A DNA stretch of 63,353 bases, filler included, from Intoshia linei (taxonomy: Eukaryota > Animalia > Orthonectida): the NCBI GenBank assembly GCA_001642005.1. It is 10 parts of 10 records of this genome, joined end to end, with 100 filler letters (N's around TTAATTAATTAA, not from the genome) between each part and the next. Parts side by side here need not be neighbours in the genome. Positions count along the whole stretch, not along the records: positions 27,232 to 35,408 come from LWCA01001474.1; positions 35,509 to 41,657 come from LWCA01001699.1; positions 41,758 to 49,283 come from LWCA01001546.1; 7 more parts are not named here. One strand, given 5' to 3'. Positions 28,269 through 42,197 of this stretch are shown piece after piece. The translations under genes were made by a program, and so were the position numbers. Below the pieces are notes generated by a model that saw only the letters and a program-made list of their open reading frames with translations, was not told the origin of the DNA and ran no database searches. Numbering within the stretch: position 1 is the stretch's first letter; each line of letters opens with the position of its first letter.

Positions 28269-29193
28269 ATATTTACAAAAAATTTGCATTTGAAATGAAA
28301 ATAATTTGAAATATAATGTAATTAAAAAAAATTTGTAATGGTTTCGAAGCTATCGGTCTGATTTGCCAAATTGTTAAGAAATAATTTACAAAATTGAATT
28401 GATTGATAAAAAGTGAATAATGTCCTTGAATATAGATTATCCTTACTTATATAAATTTACAATTGAATGATAAAATGGGTTAAGGATATGTAGTTAAGTA
28501 AGAATTGTGTCAAAATTGAAATTATATTTTAATTATTAATTTTTCGACGGACTCTAAAATTTATTCACAAGCCTTTGGGTATGAAGATATAAGTCTTCGA
28601 GATGAAATTTATGATAATGTGGATGATTTTAAAATCTTTATCAAAAAAAACATTTTTTTAAATTCTAGGACTCGTTTAATTTTAAAATAAAAATAATAAT
28701 TGGGGTTTTTGACCCTGAAGGACTAAATTTGTTAAAATAAAATTTCGGATAAAACCTCATCTGCCAAAAATTGTATTAGAAATTAGTGTTTTTAAAATTT
28801 TCTTAAAAAAACTGGAACAGACATACATTTTCAGCTAAATTACTTTATATAAGTAATGATTAGACCAGGGATACACAACCTGCGATCGGGACATGTGATC
28901 ATAATGCAATATATTAATTTACTTCAAATACTAATTTTTACAATTAGTTAATTATTAACTAGTACTATTTATTAACAAGTGGCTAGATCTGTATAGCACA
29001 ACGCATCTTTTGCAAAAAAAGTGGGGCCAATTTTTAATTTTCGGGTAGCCTCGCGTGGCTTGGTAAATTCGGTTCTGGTAGTGCAATATTAAGTCCCAAG
29101 ATTTTTTGTGGCTCCTAAAGGGACCACACTGTACTTTTGAGAACCACTGGCTTATAGAATAAAAAATAATTAGAAAATGTACCTAAAAGTTAC

Positions 29194-29561
29194 CTATTGT
29201 ATATATTGATTGGCAGAGACCAAGATTCTACACTCCACTCATTTCTGAGTATGATTAAAACCTCCGAATGATTTCCTATCCGATCCGCACCAATTTTAGA
29301 TTGATCATAATCTGGAATGTTAAGATTAACAAAAAGTCGCATTGGATTAATTGGGTACATGAAACGATATATGATCCAATTGTTTTTATATATTTTTGTG
29401 GTAATTGTTTCATTTTGATGTGATTCAATAATATTGACTGGACAATTTTTATCTTGAATTGAGTATCCATTAACTATATTGAAAAATTTGTCTATCAAAA
29501 ATTTTTCTTGTCCAGCACAGATTCTTGAAACTACCAGAGAGAAAATGAGAAAATTTAACAT
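29194..29561 (-). CDS. First exon of a secreted/membrane protein (signal peptide); possibly the 5' exon of the contactin-like gene
   Basis: ATG plus hydrophobic signal MLNFLIFSLVVSRICAG; the ORF ends at a strong donor AATAG|GTAACT; same strand as contactin, upstream across a gap. Confidence 0.5.
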
Positions 29562-32500
29562 GAATTTTATTTTTGTTGACGATATAGTGGAAAATTATCA
29601 TCTAGTCCGTATTATTAAATAAATAACCATATGCCCATTTGTGTAAACATTATAGTAACGATATCAATACCATCAATTTTCTTATGTGTGTATTATTGTT
29701 TTAAATTTATTTGAGCGTCGAAAGAAAAATATATTTATAAATAGATCAACTTCGTTAAGACTGATATTTTTAGAATCACACTAATTATCAAGGATACAGT
29801 ATTGTGGAAAAACCAATAATCTCAATTGAAGTAAATATTTGCTCTGATTCATCCTATTCACATGCAATTTTACTTAATTAATTTTAGTTGGATTCATTAT
29901 ATTTTTTTAATATCAATATAGTATCTATAGAGTATCGATAATTTCAATCAATGTATTTTGTCGGGAATTGAAGAAGAAAAGTTTTAAAGTAATTAAAATA
30001 AGTTTTCGTCTCATTTATTGTAACATCAGCAAGAAAATCAAATACGTATAGTATAATAGAAAGACATGACCAACAAATACTAGCCTACATGATAGACCTA
30101 CGCTAAAACTCTAATAAGAAAAAAATATATTTTTATTGATAACATTATTTTGGTACTTTGATTCATAAATATTTTTTTTTCAAATATTCTGCTTCGTTAT
30201 AATATTTACCCTGAAATATTATTATTGAATTTTAATGAATATTTTTAAAATTTAGTTTTAATTTAAGAAAATATAACGTACCCAATCTAAACGTTGTTAT
30301 TAAAGATTTTTAGCATCAACCAAGTAAAAATATTTTGAAAATGTTAAAAAATTTTTTAATTATACTTCCTTGAACCCACACTAAATTGAAATGTTATCAA
30401 TATATTTAGAGAATTTGAAATATAAAATTTATAAAAATTACAATCTTCAAGGTAAATTAAAAATATATAAAACACTCGACAAAGTAAAGTGTTGTAAATG
30501 TAGAAAGGTACCATCTGAAATTTTTTTGAAATATTTTAAAAAAAATAAATTTTATAAAAGTACTAATATATTAACTTATTAACTGTAAATAATTACAATG
30601 TAATTACTATACTGCAGTTCACTTAATTAGGAAGATAAATGACTAATCAAATATTGACATGGGTTAATAATTCAATGTACTTGAGTATTGCCATCTTAAT
30701 ACTTTGCAATCTGTCTAGACTGGGTTAGATTTAATTGAAAAATTGAATTTCAATATTTTATCAATTGAATACAAAACACATATATATAAATTATATGGCA
30801 TTCTTTCGTGATATTAAGGTTGAATAATTATATCAAATCAAAACTAGAAAATGTAGAGTTAATATTATTATACAAGAGATTTATATGTTTTGATATTCAT
30901 GAATAAAGCAATTAAAAGTACAATAACGTAATAAGGTATTTTAGAAATTTTTTAATTAATACCAATAATGTTATATACTAAAAATAAATATATAATAAGT
31001 ATATTTTAAAGGTTAGTAAGTTATATCGACATTTAATATTTACTTGTTACTAAAATTGTAGTTATTAATAGTAAATTGGATAATGTAAAATCAGAATTAT
31101 ATAAATAAATGTGACAAGGTATAACTTACAGACTATTTAGTACATAATATTGCTTGCACAAAAAATATTAATTGATTATTCCATCACAATAATATAATTA
31201 TTGTCTAATTTAGTCTATGATAATTACAAACTATAGTTTTTAGATGTGAATATTATTACATGCATATTCAAATATTAAGTTTTACACACTACATTTAATA
31301 TTATATTTAATAATATTCGACAAGCAAATTAATTATAAAAATAATTAATATGATTTATTTTTAAATGAAGGCAGTACGTTCCCACTCTGTTTTATATTAT
31401 AATTTTAGAAATGCCTGAATTATTCCGTAATAGTAAATATCAATTAATTTTTGAAAACACTTGATTAAAGTTAGTTTTTTCTATGCATTATACAAATGAT
31501 TTAACTTTTCGTCAGTTTTTTGATTTGTACGACGCCCTCCATATGACACATGATTTTTTACATACAAATTTAACATTTTCCGAAAATTTCATTCATTCTT
31601 GATCCATAAAATATACTTAAACGTTTGTGTGATTACTCGAATAATGCACTTAATTGAATATACAATTATTAATCTTCAAGCGACATTTGATCGAGTCAAA
31701 ATTAATCGAGTAGTTTAATGTTTTTCTATGATTCATACATTAATCATCATTATTATTATTAATAATTTTTCGAGTAAATGTCTTTAAATATAATTAAATC
31801 AATCTTAGATGCTGGTTTTATAGTACCAAAATGTTTGAAAAAAAATTGAAAACATTACAACGGTACATTTGATCGAGGATTCATGAATATTAAATTTTAA
31901 ATGTACCCAAATCACCTATAATTGCCTGAAAAATCTTTTTAGGGATGATAAAACTAGAATTTTAGAAATTGAGTATTTGAAAGTTTTGAATTATTCATAT
32001 ATGAATCATTGGATGTGAAACTGTTAACTGATATAAGCATGTCAATTACCAGAGTACAGTGTATTAAAAGTAAAATAACTGCATTCCATATTAAATTCGA
32101 TAAAATTAAACTCGATCAAATGTACCAATATGGTAGGTATATAAAATTTATATTTAAAATTGAAGATAAATTTACTAACTGCAAATAATGCAAATAATTT
32201 ACTCGTAGTAATATCAGTGTTTCTTAACCTTTTTTACTTCATGGCTCATTTGTGAAATAAATACTAATTTCGGCGTAGCTTAAATTTTGATAAGAATCGG
32301 ACAGCAATATTCGAAATCTGCAAAGATTTAAAACGATAAAAATAGAAAATTATAATTGTTATTATAATAATACAAAAATGTTTTTTATTTAGTGACTTCC
32401 ATTTAGTAAATTTAGTAAAGAACATTTTATGTATAATTAATATTTGATATTTTTGGTGTTCATCATAGCATTTAATATATATTAAATAGTAAATCCCAAA

Positions 32501-35500
32501 ATGTTTATCAAAGAATGTCAATGTAAAAGTTTGCAGCGCACAAGTTTTCTGCGGCGCACCGGTTAAGAATCATTGATATACATTGTAAGGCAAATAAATT
32601 AAAGAATATAAGTAAATTTGTAAAAGAAAATTTCAATTTTACCACCTAGTTAATTGATTTTTTATATTTATCAAATTAATGTTTATAGTTTCAACATGTA
32701 AACTGTAAATTTATTAAAAAACACTCAAGCGTCTTTACCAGCTAAATTTTGGTAGTTTTAAAAATTATATTTTGATTTGATAAAATTTACCTGTTCCTAT
32801 ATAAATTCGATTAATGCATATATCTTTATATAGTATACAATGCTATTCAAAGTTCCCACAATAATTAAATATATTTAATTAATTAATAGGCTTGATTCAA
32901 TGGACCGTATATAGATTTTATCAAAATTAAAATTTTTCTTTAATTTCCACTCAAATTATGCCTCTTGACCAGTGGTTCTCAACAACTCATGAAATTCTTT
33001 CTCATTCCCCTCTTGAACAGGGATGTCAGACTCAATTTGCTTGGCAGGCCAAATGTAAAAAAAATTATTACGCGGACCGCACAAAAAAAATCTTTACTCC
33101 AAAAATTATGTTTAAACTAACAGTTTTAATTAATTTATAATAATTTTAATTCATAAAATGAAATATATAACAATAAAAATGGAATAAGTGTACAAATGTA
33201 ATAATTGTAATCATGAAAAATATATGAAAAAACTGTAAAATAAGAAATATGTGTAAAAAATTGTTATATAAATTTATATTATAACGCCGGCCGCATAATT
33301 GACACTCCTGCTCTTGAGCTATTGCATCTTTTCACGGACCCTGATTATGTTTTAAAAATATAATAAAATTAGAATAGTGTATTTGCAATCTTGACTAATG
33401 AGAATTTTGACCAAATTTATTATTTGTTAAAATTTAACATAATTAACTTAAATACGAGAGAACAACGTAAATCGTCTTCAAAATTTTATCTCCTTTTTTA
33501 GTTATGTTTAAATGAATAGAAAATCTAGATTCACATGAGTACGTTGATACGAAATGTAACAGAATTCTAATAGCCTTTTGTCCAAGTTTAGGGTATGAAT
33601 TCCCCACTTTTGACAAAAAAATTATTATTAATTATTCAGTAATGTATCTTTCGCACTCGAATTATTAATTTCTTTTTTATTCTCTTGACTAAGTATTACA
33701 TATGAAATCAATTGTTATGTATAAAATTATAATTCAATAGCTTTTAATGTCATTGAACCTTTCAAGCATCAAAGCTTTTAGTTTTATTACATTAAAAGTA
33801 TTGGAAAAAAATTTTTTGATTTAAAATAATGAAATGTTACTTGATCTTTTAATTATATAAAATATAATGTCTGTGTGTTACCGGTTAATTAAAAAATTAA
33901 ACTTTAAATACAATTTTTCGAGAATGATGTTTTATCCCTAGAATTAATAAAAACATATTCATGTATAATCTACATTCTAATGTATATTCTGGGACGCGTT
34001 TTAAAATCATTAAAATTGTCGTAAATCTCAACCTCAGAAACAAAAACTTACATCTTCAAAATCACAAATTACTCTTTTGTCCTCCTCATAACTAGCTTTT
34101 ATTTGTACAAATTACACAACAGTCAAGCCAGTATTATACAGTATTATATTGTTGGACCAAGACTGTACATTTGAATACGATACGATCGAGATGGACGACA
34201 TGCAAATATATAATACAAATGTACATGTAGATAATAATATAAAATTTAAATAAATATGGTTACTTTTTACTTCTCACAGCATTGCATACCATATTGTTTT
34301 GGTTTACATGTATAACGGCAACACTCTAAAAGTAACAAATGACCAGGCCCACGTCCAAAAAGTTTTCATTTTTTGTAGATTTATTTATTGATTTTTATTA
34401 ACATTTCAAAAATAGCAAATTTTCAAAAGAATGGTCACCTTTGAGAGCGCTGACAGTATAAAATTTTATAAATTTTCCAATTTACCAACTTAAATATATT
34501 GAAAAATTAATGAATTTGAGATTAATAATAATGTTATAAACCAGTGTTTCCAATTCGTTTTATGTCATTTAACCCACTCTACCATTTTATTATTTATCTT
34601 ACAATTAATAAATAATAAATTAAAATGTAGATTAATTAGTTTCAATTTATTCGTTTATTTATATTGTTCAAAAATAAATTTACATTTGTTAATTTAATTT
34701 TTTTTAAATTTTTTTCATTGCCCATTAGTTGGAGACATCTCCCAGCTTTGGAAACATTGTTATAAACATACGGATAAATAAAATCTTAATTTTTACCAAC
34801 TAAATATTTATTTTTTACATGTAAGTTGTGCTCAGTGGCCAGCTATTACAATGTATTTATTTTTAAAATAATATTTTTTATGAAATTTAGATATTGTAAA
34901 ATTTTAAAATATACAATTTGCATATACAATATAATCTAACATTACTTCCTATACGAAAAATTTACGTAAGTTCATACAGACCCGTCCATATGTTTTAAGC
35001 ACCTTATAAAATCGTTAATTATTTTATTAATAAGTGTTTTTGTTTAATTTATTTTATATTTTCAGGAATGTAAATATGATCGGAAGTTATTAATTAAATT
35101 TGAAGACTGTTAGATAATTATTAGATATGAGAATGATGATATTATTAAATTGTAATAATTTTAGTCGTTCATATGTTTTGAGCACCCGTGATTAATTTTA
35201 TGATTAAACAACATAATTAAATAAATTAAATTTATAAAGGTTTAATAATGTCAGTAATTGGTATTTCCGCCATTTATTAAAAATATGTCATCTAATCTTC
35301 TCGGATTACTCATAGATTTTTGATATAATCGTTAGATATTTTATAGAATTCTTTCTTTGTTATTCTCCATAGTGACTCCAAATTTTGAGGAGATCGTTAA
35401 CGCACCCTNNNNNNNNNNNNNNNNNNNNNNNNNNNNNNNNNNNNNNNNNNNNTTAATTAATTAANNNNNNNNNNNNNNNNNNNNNNNNNNNNNNNNNNNN

Positions 35501-36324
35501 NNNNNNNNGTCTTTCACCATAGAGAAAAAAATTATAGAATATAAATAAAATATGTCTGATCTAATGATTTTTATTGAAATATCACTTAACCCTGAGCCTT
35601 AAGTTGAATTTGAAAACTTGAATTCTTAGGGAGAAAATAACGCAGTTGGCAACCCTGATTAATCATCATAATGTGTTCATTCTGATATACATTTAGGAAA
35701 ATTTTCAGTAGAATTATATGAAGTTATGATCTACGGTAATACATTTTTGTAGCCTTACTTTAATGGGTTCGTAAAAGTGATTTGAACCATAATAGATTTA
35801 ATTTTTAATGCTAAAATTAGATATATCCGCCCTTGGCAGAGCTAGGTGCTGTTTGTACAAAGTACAAACCGGCCAAGCTAGTGACTTTATAGAAGACTAA
35901 TTATATTTTAATTGGCGTAATATTCATATCATGATACTCGTAGTAATTTTCTGATTAATCTGTAAAATTTTGGAATTATACTTGACTTTGAATTTTTTTT
36001 AATGTTGCGGTTCGCGGAAATTTGTATAATATATTATTTGGCCCTTACTCGCCATGTGTTTGGACCACCCTGGATTAAATAATGGCATGATCTATAACTT
36101 ACTTTTTTAATTAGTGAAATATAGTTGTACAAACCCAGGGTCTTCTCAAATTTACAAAATTAGATACATCTTAAAACTGTAGAAAAAATAAATTGTAGCA
36201 GTTGATCAACATATTTCACTTGAAATCAGTGAAATTGACAGGACTCACCGTATATGTAAAACAAGTTTACCTATTTCAGAATATAAGTAACGATCAAATA
36301 ACACTGTCATTAATTAAAATTTAC

Positions 36325-37599
36325 CTTATGTGGTAGTTTATTCTTTATTGGTTCAAAAGATTTACCAAATTGAGCAATACCATCTAGAAAAGTTTTTTTT
36401 TCTTTTGGAGACCATTGCAAGTCATTATTGGAATAATTGAAATTTTCACTTGGATCTTTAACACATTGTTTATTTTTAAGAAATCCATAATTTGTCCAAA
36501 ATTTGCAGTACTTTGACTTAAAAGCGGGGGGAACGTTGGCTGCGGAATTTCTATAATCATTAATAGATTTCTTATTGTAACTCATAAGCAACAATGAATC
36601 ATAAAAATTGGCTACGTTGGAGGAATGTTGGTTATTGTTATTAGTGCTATTGGAACCACTCGAAAAAGAGTCATTTGAACGCATAGAAACGGTTTGGGTA
36701 GACCTAAGAGTAACTTTGTTTTGATTACATTGAGACTGCAAGGTTTTTGAAAACTTTTTATGCGAAAAAGCATTATCTGCACGATTTAATCGGAGAACAT
36801 CCTGTCTAATCCCTCTAAGTTCAGGGAAAACACGCTCATACAAATCTCTCTGTTTAAGTTCTTTAAGTCTCTTTCGAGAATTATTTTCATTTAGTTTGAT
36901 ACCATGTTGCCATTGTGCCGCTAATTTGCAGTACTTTGATTGGTAATCAGAAAGACATTGCTTTCTGCGTAAAAGTTGTTTTTTCAGTTTTGTTGCCAGG
37001 ATAGAACGAACTAAAGGAAAAGTATTTTCGATATTTTCTTCTGCCAATTTGGTAAATTGGTTAACATTAATAGTGCACCTAGTACTAAAGTCTGATGAAG
37101 TTAAGTCAGCTAATTTATTGCTATATTTTTTGATTGAGTTTAAAATGGTAAAATATTTGAAACAATGACCTGAATTTATATATAAACTATTCATATTGTT
37201 CGACATATCACTAGATTTGACCATTTTGTAATAAATTGGAACATTTAATCTAGATTTGTTTCTATTTTCTTGATATAGAGCACGAAACATATCATCATGG
37301 TATAATGATCCAACTACATCTGGAGCAGTATACATTGATTCATACTTTTTGTCTAGTTCTTTAATTTGTTGTATATTTTCAAACTAAACAGATATGAATT
37401 ATAAAACGACATATAGTACTTGTTCAATTTTCAAGTTTTTCCTGATATCTGTACATTCTTCAATACATTTTTGAATTTTTGCCAGTTCAGAAAAAATTTC
37501 TACTGTCGGAGAATTATAGTTTATGTTTGAAAAGCAATATTTTTCTATAGGTAATCCACTCATGTCTTCAAATTTAGCTTGATTGGTATATTCTTTCAT
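36325..37599 (-). CDS. Nuclear receptor corepressor (NCoR/SMRT/SMRTER)-like protein, N-terminal exons through SANT1
   Basis: Motifs LYQENRNKS, RDLYERVFPELR and the SANT start WSPKEKKTFLDGIAQFGKSFEPIKNKLPHK. 36-nt intron at 37419-37384; donor at 36324. Partial gene. Confidence 0.82.
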
Positions 37600-39394
37600 C
37601 TAAAAATTTAATTATTTTATATATATTGTATTTTTACATTTGACAAATTCATACAGTTGTCATTTTCTGAACTAAAGTTTACATTATCAAAATATTTAAT
37701 ACTAGTATTTTTTAATAAATTTACCCTTCATTAATCATATGGTGGGTGTTCTTCTCGTTCATTTCAATTTTATATCAAAATGCTTACAACATTTATTCAA
37801 TTTCAACTTTGTTACTATACCATTCATTCAAAACGTTATTTCAACTTTAGTGCAATATGTTGTTGTTGTTATTTTGATCAATATTCATATTTTTTCCACA
37901 ATGTTATATTATTTAGGTAAATACAAAAATTTTAAAAATGAAGCGAAATTGAAACTGTACCCATCCCAACAATTTTACAATTTATATAAACCCGTCTATA
38001 CCATTTCACTATCAATATGATAATAATTACAACCGATGTGATAATAACTAAATTCAATGTGATAAAATTTTGCAAGACGATAAAATAACCACAAGCAATG
38101 TGATAATAGCAATTATCAATGTGATCATTGCTATATTAAAAGTGATAATCAAATTATTAAGCATTTCTGGTATGTTTTGAACAAACAATTAAATTGTAAT
38201 TAACGGGAAACGTAATATGGTTGAAGCGCACTACCCATAATATATTTTTTTAAGTTTAAAGTGTATATTTAAGAAAAATATTCGAATTTTCTGAGTTTAA
38301 AATGTAAAAATATCCGTATGTTATTCGCAGGTTTATTTAAGCATAATATAGTTTCGAAATAAAAATACAAATTCATTTTGAAAATTATCATAATTACATT
38401 CAAAGTAAGAATAGTCACAGTGAATGTAAAAATAGCTATTATCAATGTAAGAATAATTATATCCAAAATGAGGAAAAATTTCAACTAAATTCAAAGTTAT
38501 ATTGAGAATTTATTATTATATTATTATTAATGTTTTTTTATAATTGAATGCATATATGTTAATTAACATATTTTATTAATTAAATTTCAAAAAAATATTT
38601 ACAAATACGTTTTAATTTCGAATATAATATAGAAAAATAAAATTTTTAATATTTTTTTATGAAGAAATTTAAAGGAAATGTATTTAAGCTACGTTTAATG
38701 GTTATAAAGTAGAGTCAAACTCAAGTCTAAGGAACACAAAAATTCTCATGTTTACTATCAAAAGAATATAATCAAATAAGGAAAAATATGAAATTAAAAA
38801 TTTTATTACTTCCTAATCATATAATTTATTTTATGGCAAATATTTCACCAATTTTTTCAGAAATGATTTCAGTAAAAAAATTTTCGAAATTATAATAACC
38901 ATAATTGCCTCAACGTACATAATTCAATGTGTTCAGGACATATAGTCCGGTTCTTCAGATGCAGAATTTTCATCAGTATTGGAACCAATTACTATACCTT
39001 TTTTGTTAATAATATTGTTTATTATGAAATTCTCTTGGTCCACATCATCAAATGGAACAGTGGTTTTTATTTCATTTCAAACGTACTTATACAGTCATAT
39101 TTAAAATTAAGCCAACATAACAAATATTTTATTTTAAATTCATTTATAAGTTCATAACATCTAACTAAATTATTCCCAATATATATTGTTGTCAAAATAT
39201 ATTAAATTATAAGCTTGTGGTTATAATGATTTATAATAATTAAGGATTTGATTCGAAAGTTTGATGAAAATTTGAATTAAAAATTAATAAATAATAGAAA
39301 ATATTTAAAAATCGATTCAAAAGTCTGTCAACACTATCATAAATTTGAAATAATTAATAATTAAATTTATAGATTTCATCTGATTCTTTTCAAT

Positions 39395-39715
39395 ACAGAG
39401 AATTAAATCATCAAGAACAAATTTTAATATTAAAATTATACGAAGAAGGAAACCCATTGCGTGAAATTGGCAAACAAGTGGGTCGGCCCTAAATAACCAT
39501 TTCTAAAACCCTGACACGGCTCCGGGAGAACAGAAGTAATGAAATAAGTGGGAGAACTGGTCGAAGAAGGTTATCTGATATCCGCGACGACAGAAATTTT
39601 AATAGATTACACCAAATTAACCTCAGATGAGTTTATTCCAATGCAAAAACAATGGACCGTAGATGCAAGCAACGGTTATGCAGTTAAAATGTTATGCAGT
39701 TAGCAAAAGACCCGG
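39395..39715 (+). pseudogene. Tc1-like transposase N-terminal (HTH) remnant
   Basis: Translates to ILKLYEEGNPLREIGKQVGRP*ITISKTL...RTGRRRLSDIRDDR, a GRPR-like linker. Confidence 0.7.
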
Positions 39716-39990
39716 GCTTTCTGTGAAAAAAAGTGAATCAGCCTTTTCTCCGGTCATAGACACACAAAATAAAACTGTTATCTTCTTCTTTTTTGTTTTA
39801 CTACAAATATTACGATTTCAGAAGTGGCTAGAGTTTTGTTAGATCCCCGTTTATAGTATAATCCAGTTTCATCACAATTCCATACATCCTCTGGCTTATT
39901 TTCAGAAATTTTCTTTTTATTGTATTATTTGAAAAAGAATTTGGAACGTTTATTAAGAAATTCTCATAACACATAATTCACTCTGAACTG
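39716..39990 (-). pseudogene. pogo/Tigger transposase catalytic-domain remnant
   Basis: PEDVWNCDETGLYYK is the first catalytic Asp motif of pogo/Tigger. Confidence 0.75.
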
Positions 39991-41015
39991 CCCATAAAAA
40001 AAACCCTTAAAAATTTTACGGTGATTTATTTCATAAATTTTATTGGGCTTTAGCGCAAGATTTTTAAATTTTATCAGTTTATGAAGAATAGATATTTAAA
40101 AAAATACTATAAATAAATAATTCCTGAAAATTAAAAATTGATTTTGTTGTATAAAAATGGTAATCTACAAAAACGGCACACATTTATAATTACGTACTTA
40201 TGAAATACATATCAACAAAATATCACACTTCAGAGTCTGAAGTTCAGACTTGAGAATGTTAATGTTTATTTGTCAAATTACAAATTGTCGATTACAAAAT
40301 TTGATTGAAGATTACATTTAAGGTAGAATAACTATAAGTGAATTTCTACGCGGAATTGCTTATAAGTTATAACAGATTTTGTTTGGAATTTACTAATAAA
40401 TGATAACAATTTACAGATCTTTTATAATACACTCATTTCCTAAATTTTATCTCAAGTTCTACTTGTGATCATATCAATACAATTGTATTTTCATTGCAAT
40501 GTCATAATTATTTAAGTTGTGCCGTTTTTACCATAAATCATAAAAATCAATCAGAAACGAATTTTACAATAAAAGAGTTAATTTAGTTCTAAATGCGTTC
40601 AAAATTAAATTAAGCTATGTGTAAAAAAAGATAGAATTCCTGAAGATTACGTTTTTAAACAATTGACAAGATTAGTTTTAACTGAAAATTTAAATCAGAG
40701 CAATAATACACAATTATTGAATTTATAATCAGCTCGAATTATAAAAAAAAATCAAATTTTCAAAGATAACATTTAAATAACAATAAATCTCCTTAACAGG
40801 ATATTTTTTAATTAAAAAATAATTTTAATGCCGTTGATATCAAACCGATCGTAAAATCCAAGAAATTAAAATTTTGAAGTTTGTTTTAATAAATAAAAAT
40901 GATTTGATAAGTATAATGTTGCTATCGATTTTGTTGGCCTGTTGTGGAGTGATTGATCCTTAGTATGGATTCCTTATTACATTGTATCCTCACAATCATC
41001 AATCATTAGTTTATA

Positions 41016-41603
41016 ATGAAATCAAAAATTATTAATATAATAAAAAAATACAAAATAAGAGAAAAAATTAGGATTCTTAATATGAAGAATTCGTTAAAAA
41101 TTTCACCACATTTTAAAATGTTCCCTGAGGGTGTTTATACCAAAGAAAAGCTGCGTCTAAAATATATCCTGCTTAAAATACTGTACTACAACAAAACCGA
41201 CAATTTAATAATCAACCTTGAATATGATAAAACTATTCATAATATTAAAGGTGACTATAATGATGCTTACGTGAAACAATAAATGCTAATTGGAAATCAT
41301 CGAGTTATTGTTTCAGAGGAGGAGATTGATAGCATTTTTGATTTTATTCATACATCCAAAGAAGGCGCCCACTTTGACATTACAACAACAATTAGAAAAA
41401 TCAATGACAGATATTATTTTTATTCAATATGTCAATTTGTCAAAACCAAAATTGCAAATTGTGTACAATGTAACAAATTTAATATTCCTACACACTTCTA
41501 TATTCCATTTTATCACACATACACTGAAATTTTCAACTGGAATAACAAGTTCAATAATGAAATCAAACATCAAAGTATCAATTTTCTCAGATATTTTATG
41601 TAA
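41016..41603 (+). pseudogene. Integrase H2C2 zinc-binding domain remnant (Ginger/GIN-like or gypsy-derived)
   Basis: Two in-frame ORFs separated by a single TAA (41280-41282). Motif IH....GAH..ITTTIRKINDRYYF..I..FV..KIANCVQC. Confidence 0.78.
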
Positions 41604-41757
41604 CGAATTATTGGTTGTTTTAATAAATAAACATTATTAATTTTAACTTTCTGGGACNNNNNNNNNNNNNNNNNNNNNNNNNNNNNNNNNNNNNNNNNNN
41701 NTTAATTAATTAANNNNNNNNNNNNNNNNNNNNNNNNNNNNNNNNNNNNNNNNNNNN

Positions 41758-42197
41758 AATGGTTCGATGTCTCTATGGTGTAAATAAACAATATAACAAT
41801 ATTAATGAACTAACAAAAGCTGTAATGGATTCATGGGAGGACATTTTGGATGAAACGTTTTTAAAACTATCAGATTCTGTAAAAAATTGTGCAAACGAAG
41901 TATTAAAGGTTGGAGGAAAGTCAATTAATTATTGAAAAAAATATTCATGTAGTATATATAGTCATTATAATGTAATTAATAAACAGTTGTGTTGTTATAA
42001 TTGTTAACAATCTATATTTCAGCTAATTTACTTAATATGGTATCAATTGATTAAGAACTAATAATTTCACAATTTTTACATGAACATGCAATATCATTTC
42101 GTTAATTTTATATTCTGCAAAATTTTTGATATGTTACCAGAATTGTAATTATAATTATGTTAGAAATGACTGTTGTTATAATTAGTGAACGGAGTGT
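41758..42197 (+). mobile_element. Tc1-like transposon 3' end (transposase C-terminus and right TIR)
   Basis: MVRCLYGVNKQYNNINELTKAVMDSWEDI...KLSDSV...EVLKVGGKSINY* (41759-41935). Right end ...ATAATTAGTGAACGGAGTG|TA. Confidence 0.8.

Noticed and set aside
37739-38484. ORFs upstream of the NCoR-like exons
   Set aside because: Low-complexity ATC/AAT-rich sequence. It may contain a real 5' exon on the minus strand (donor near 37724), but I cannot define it.
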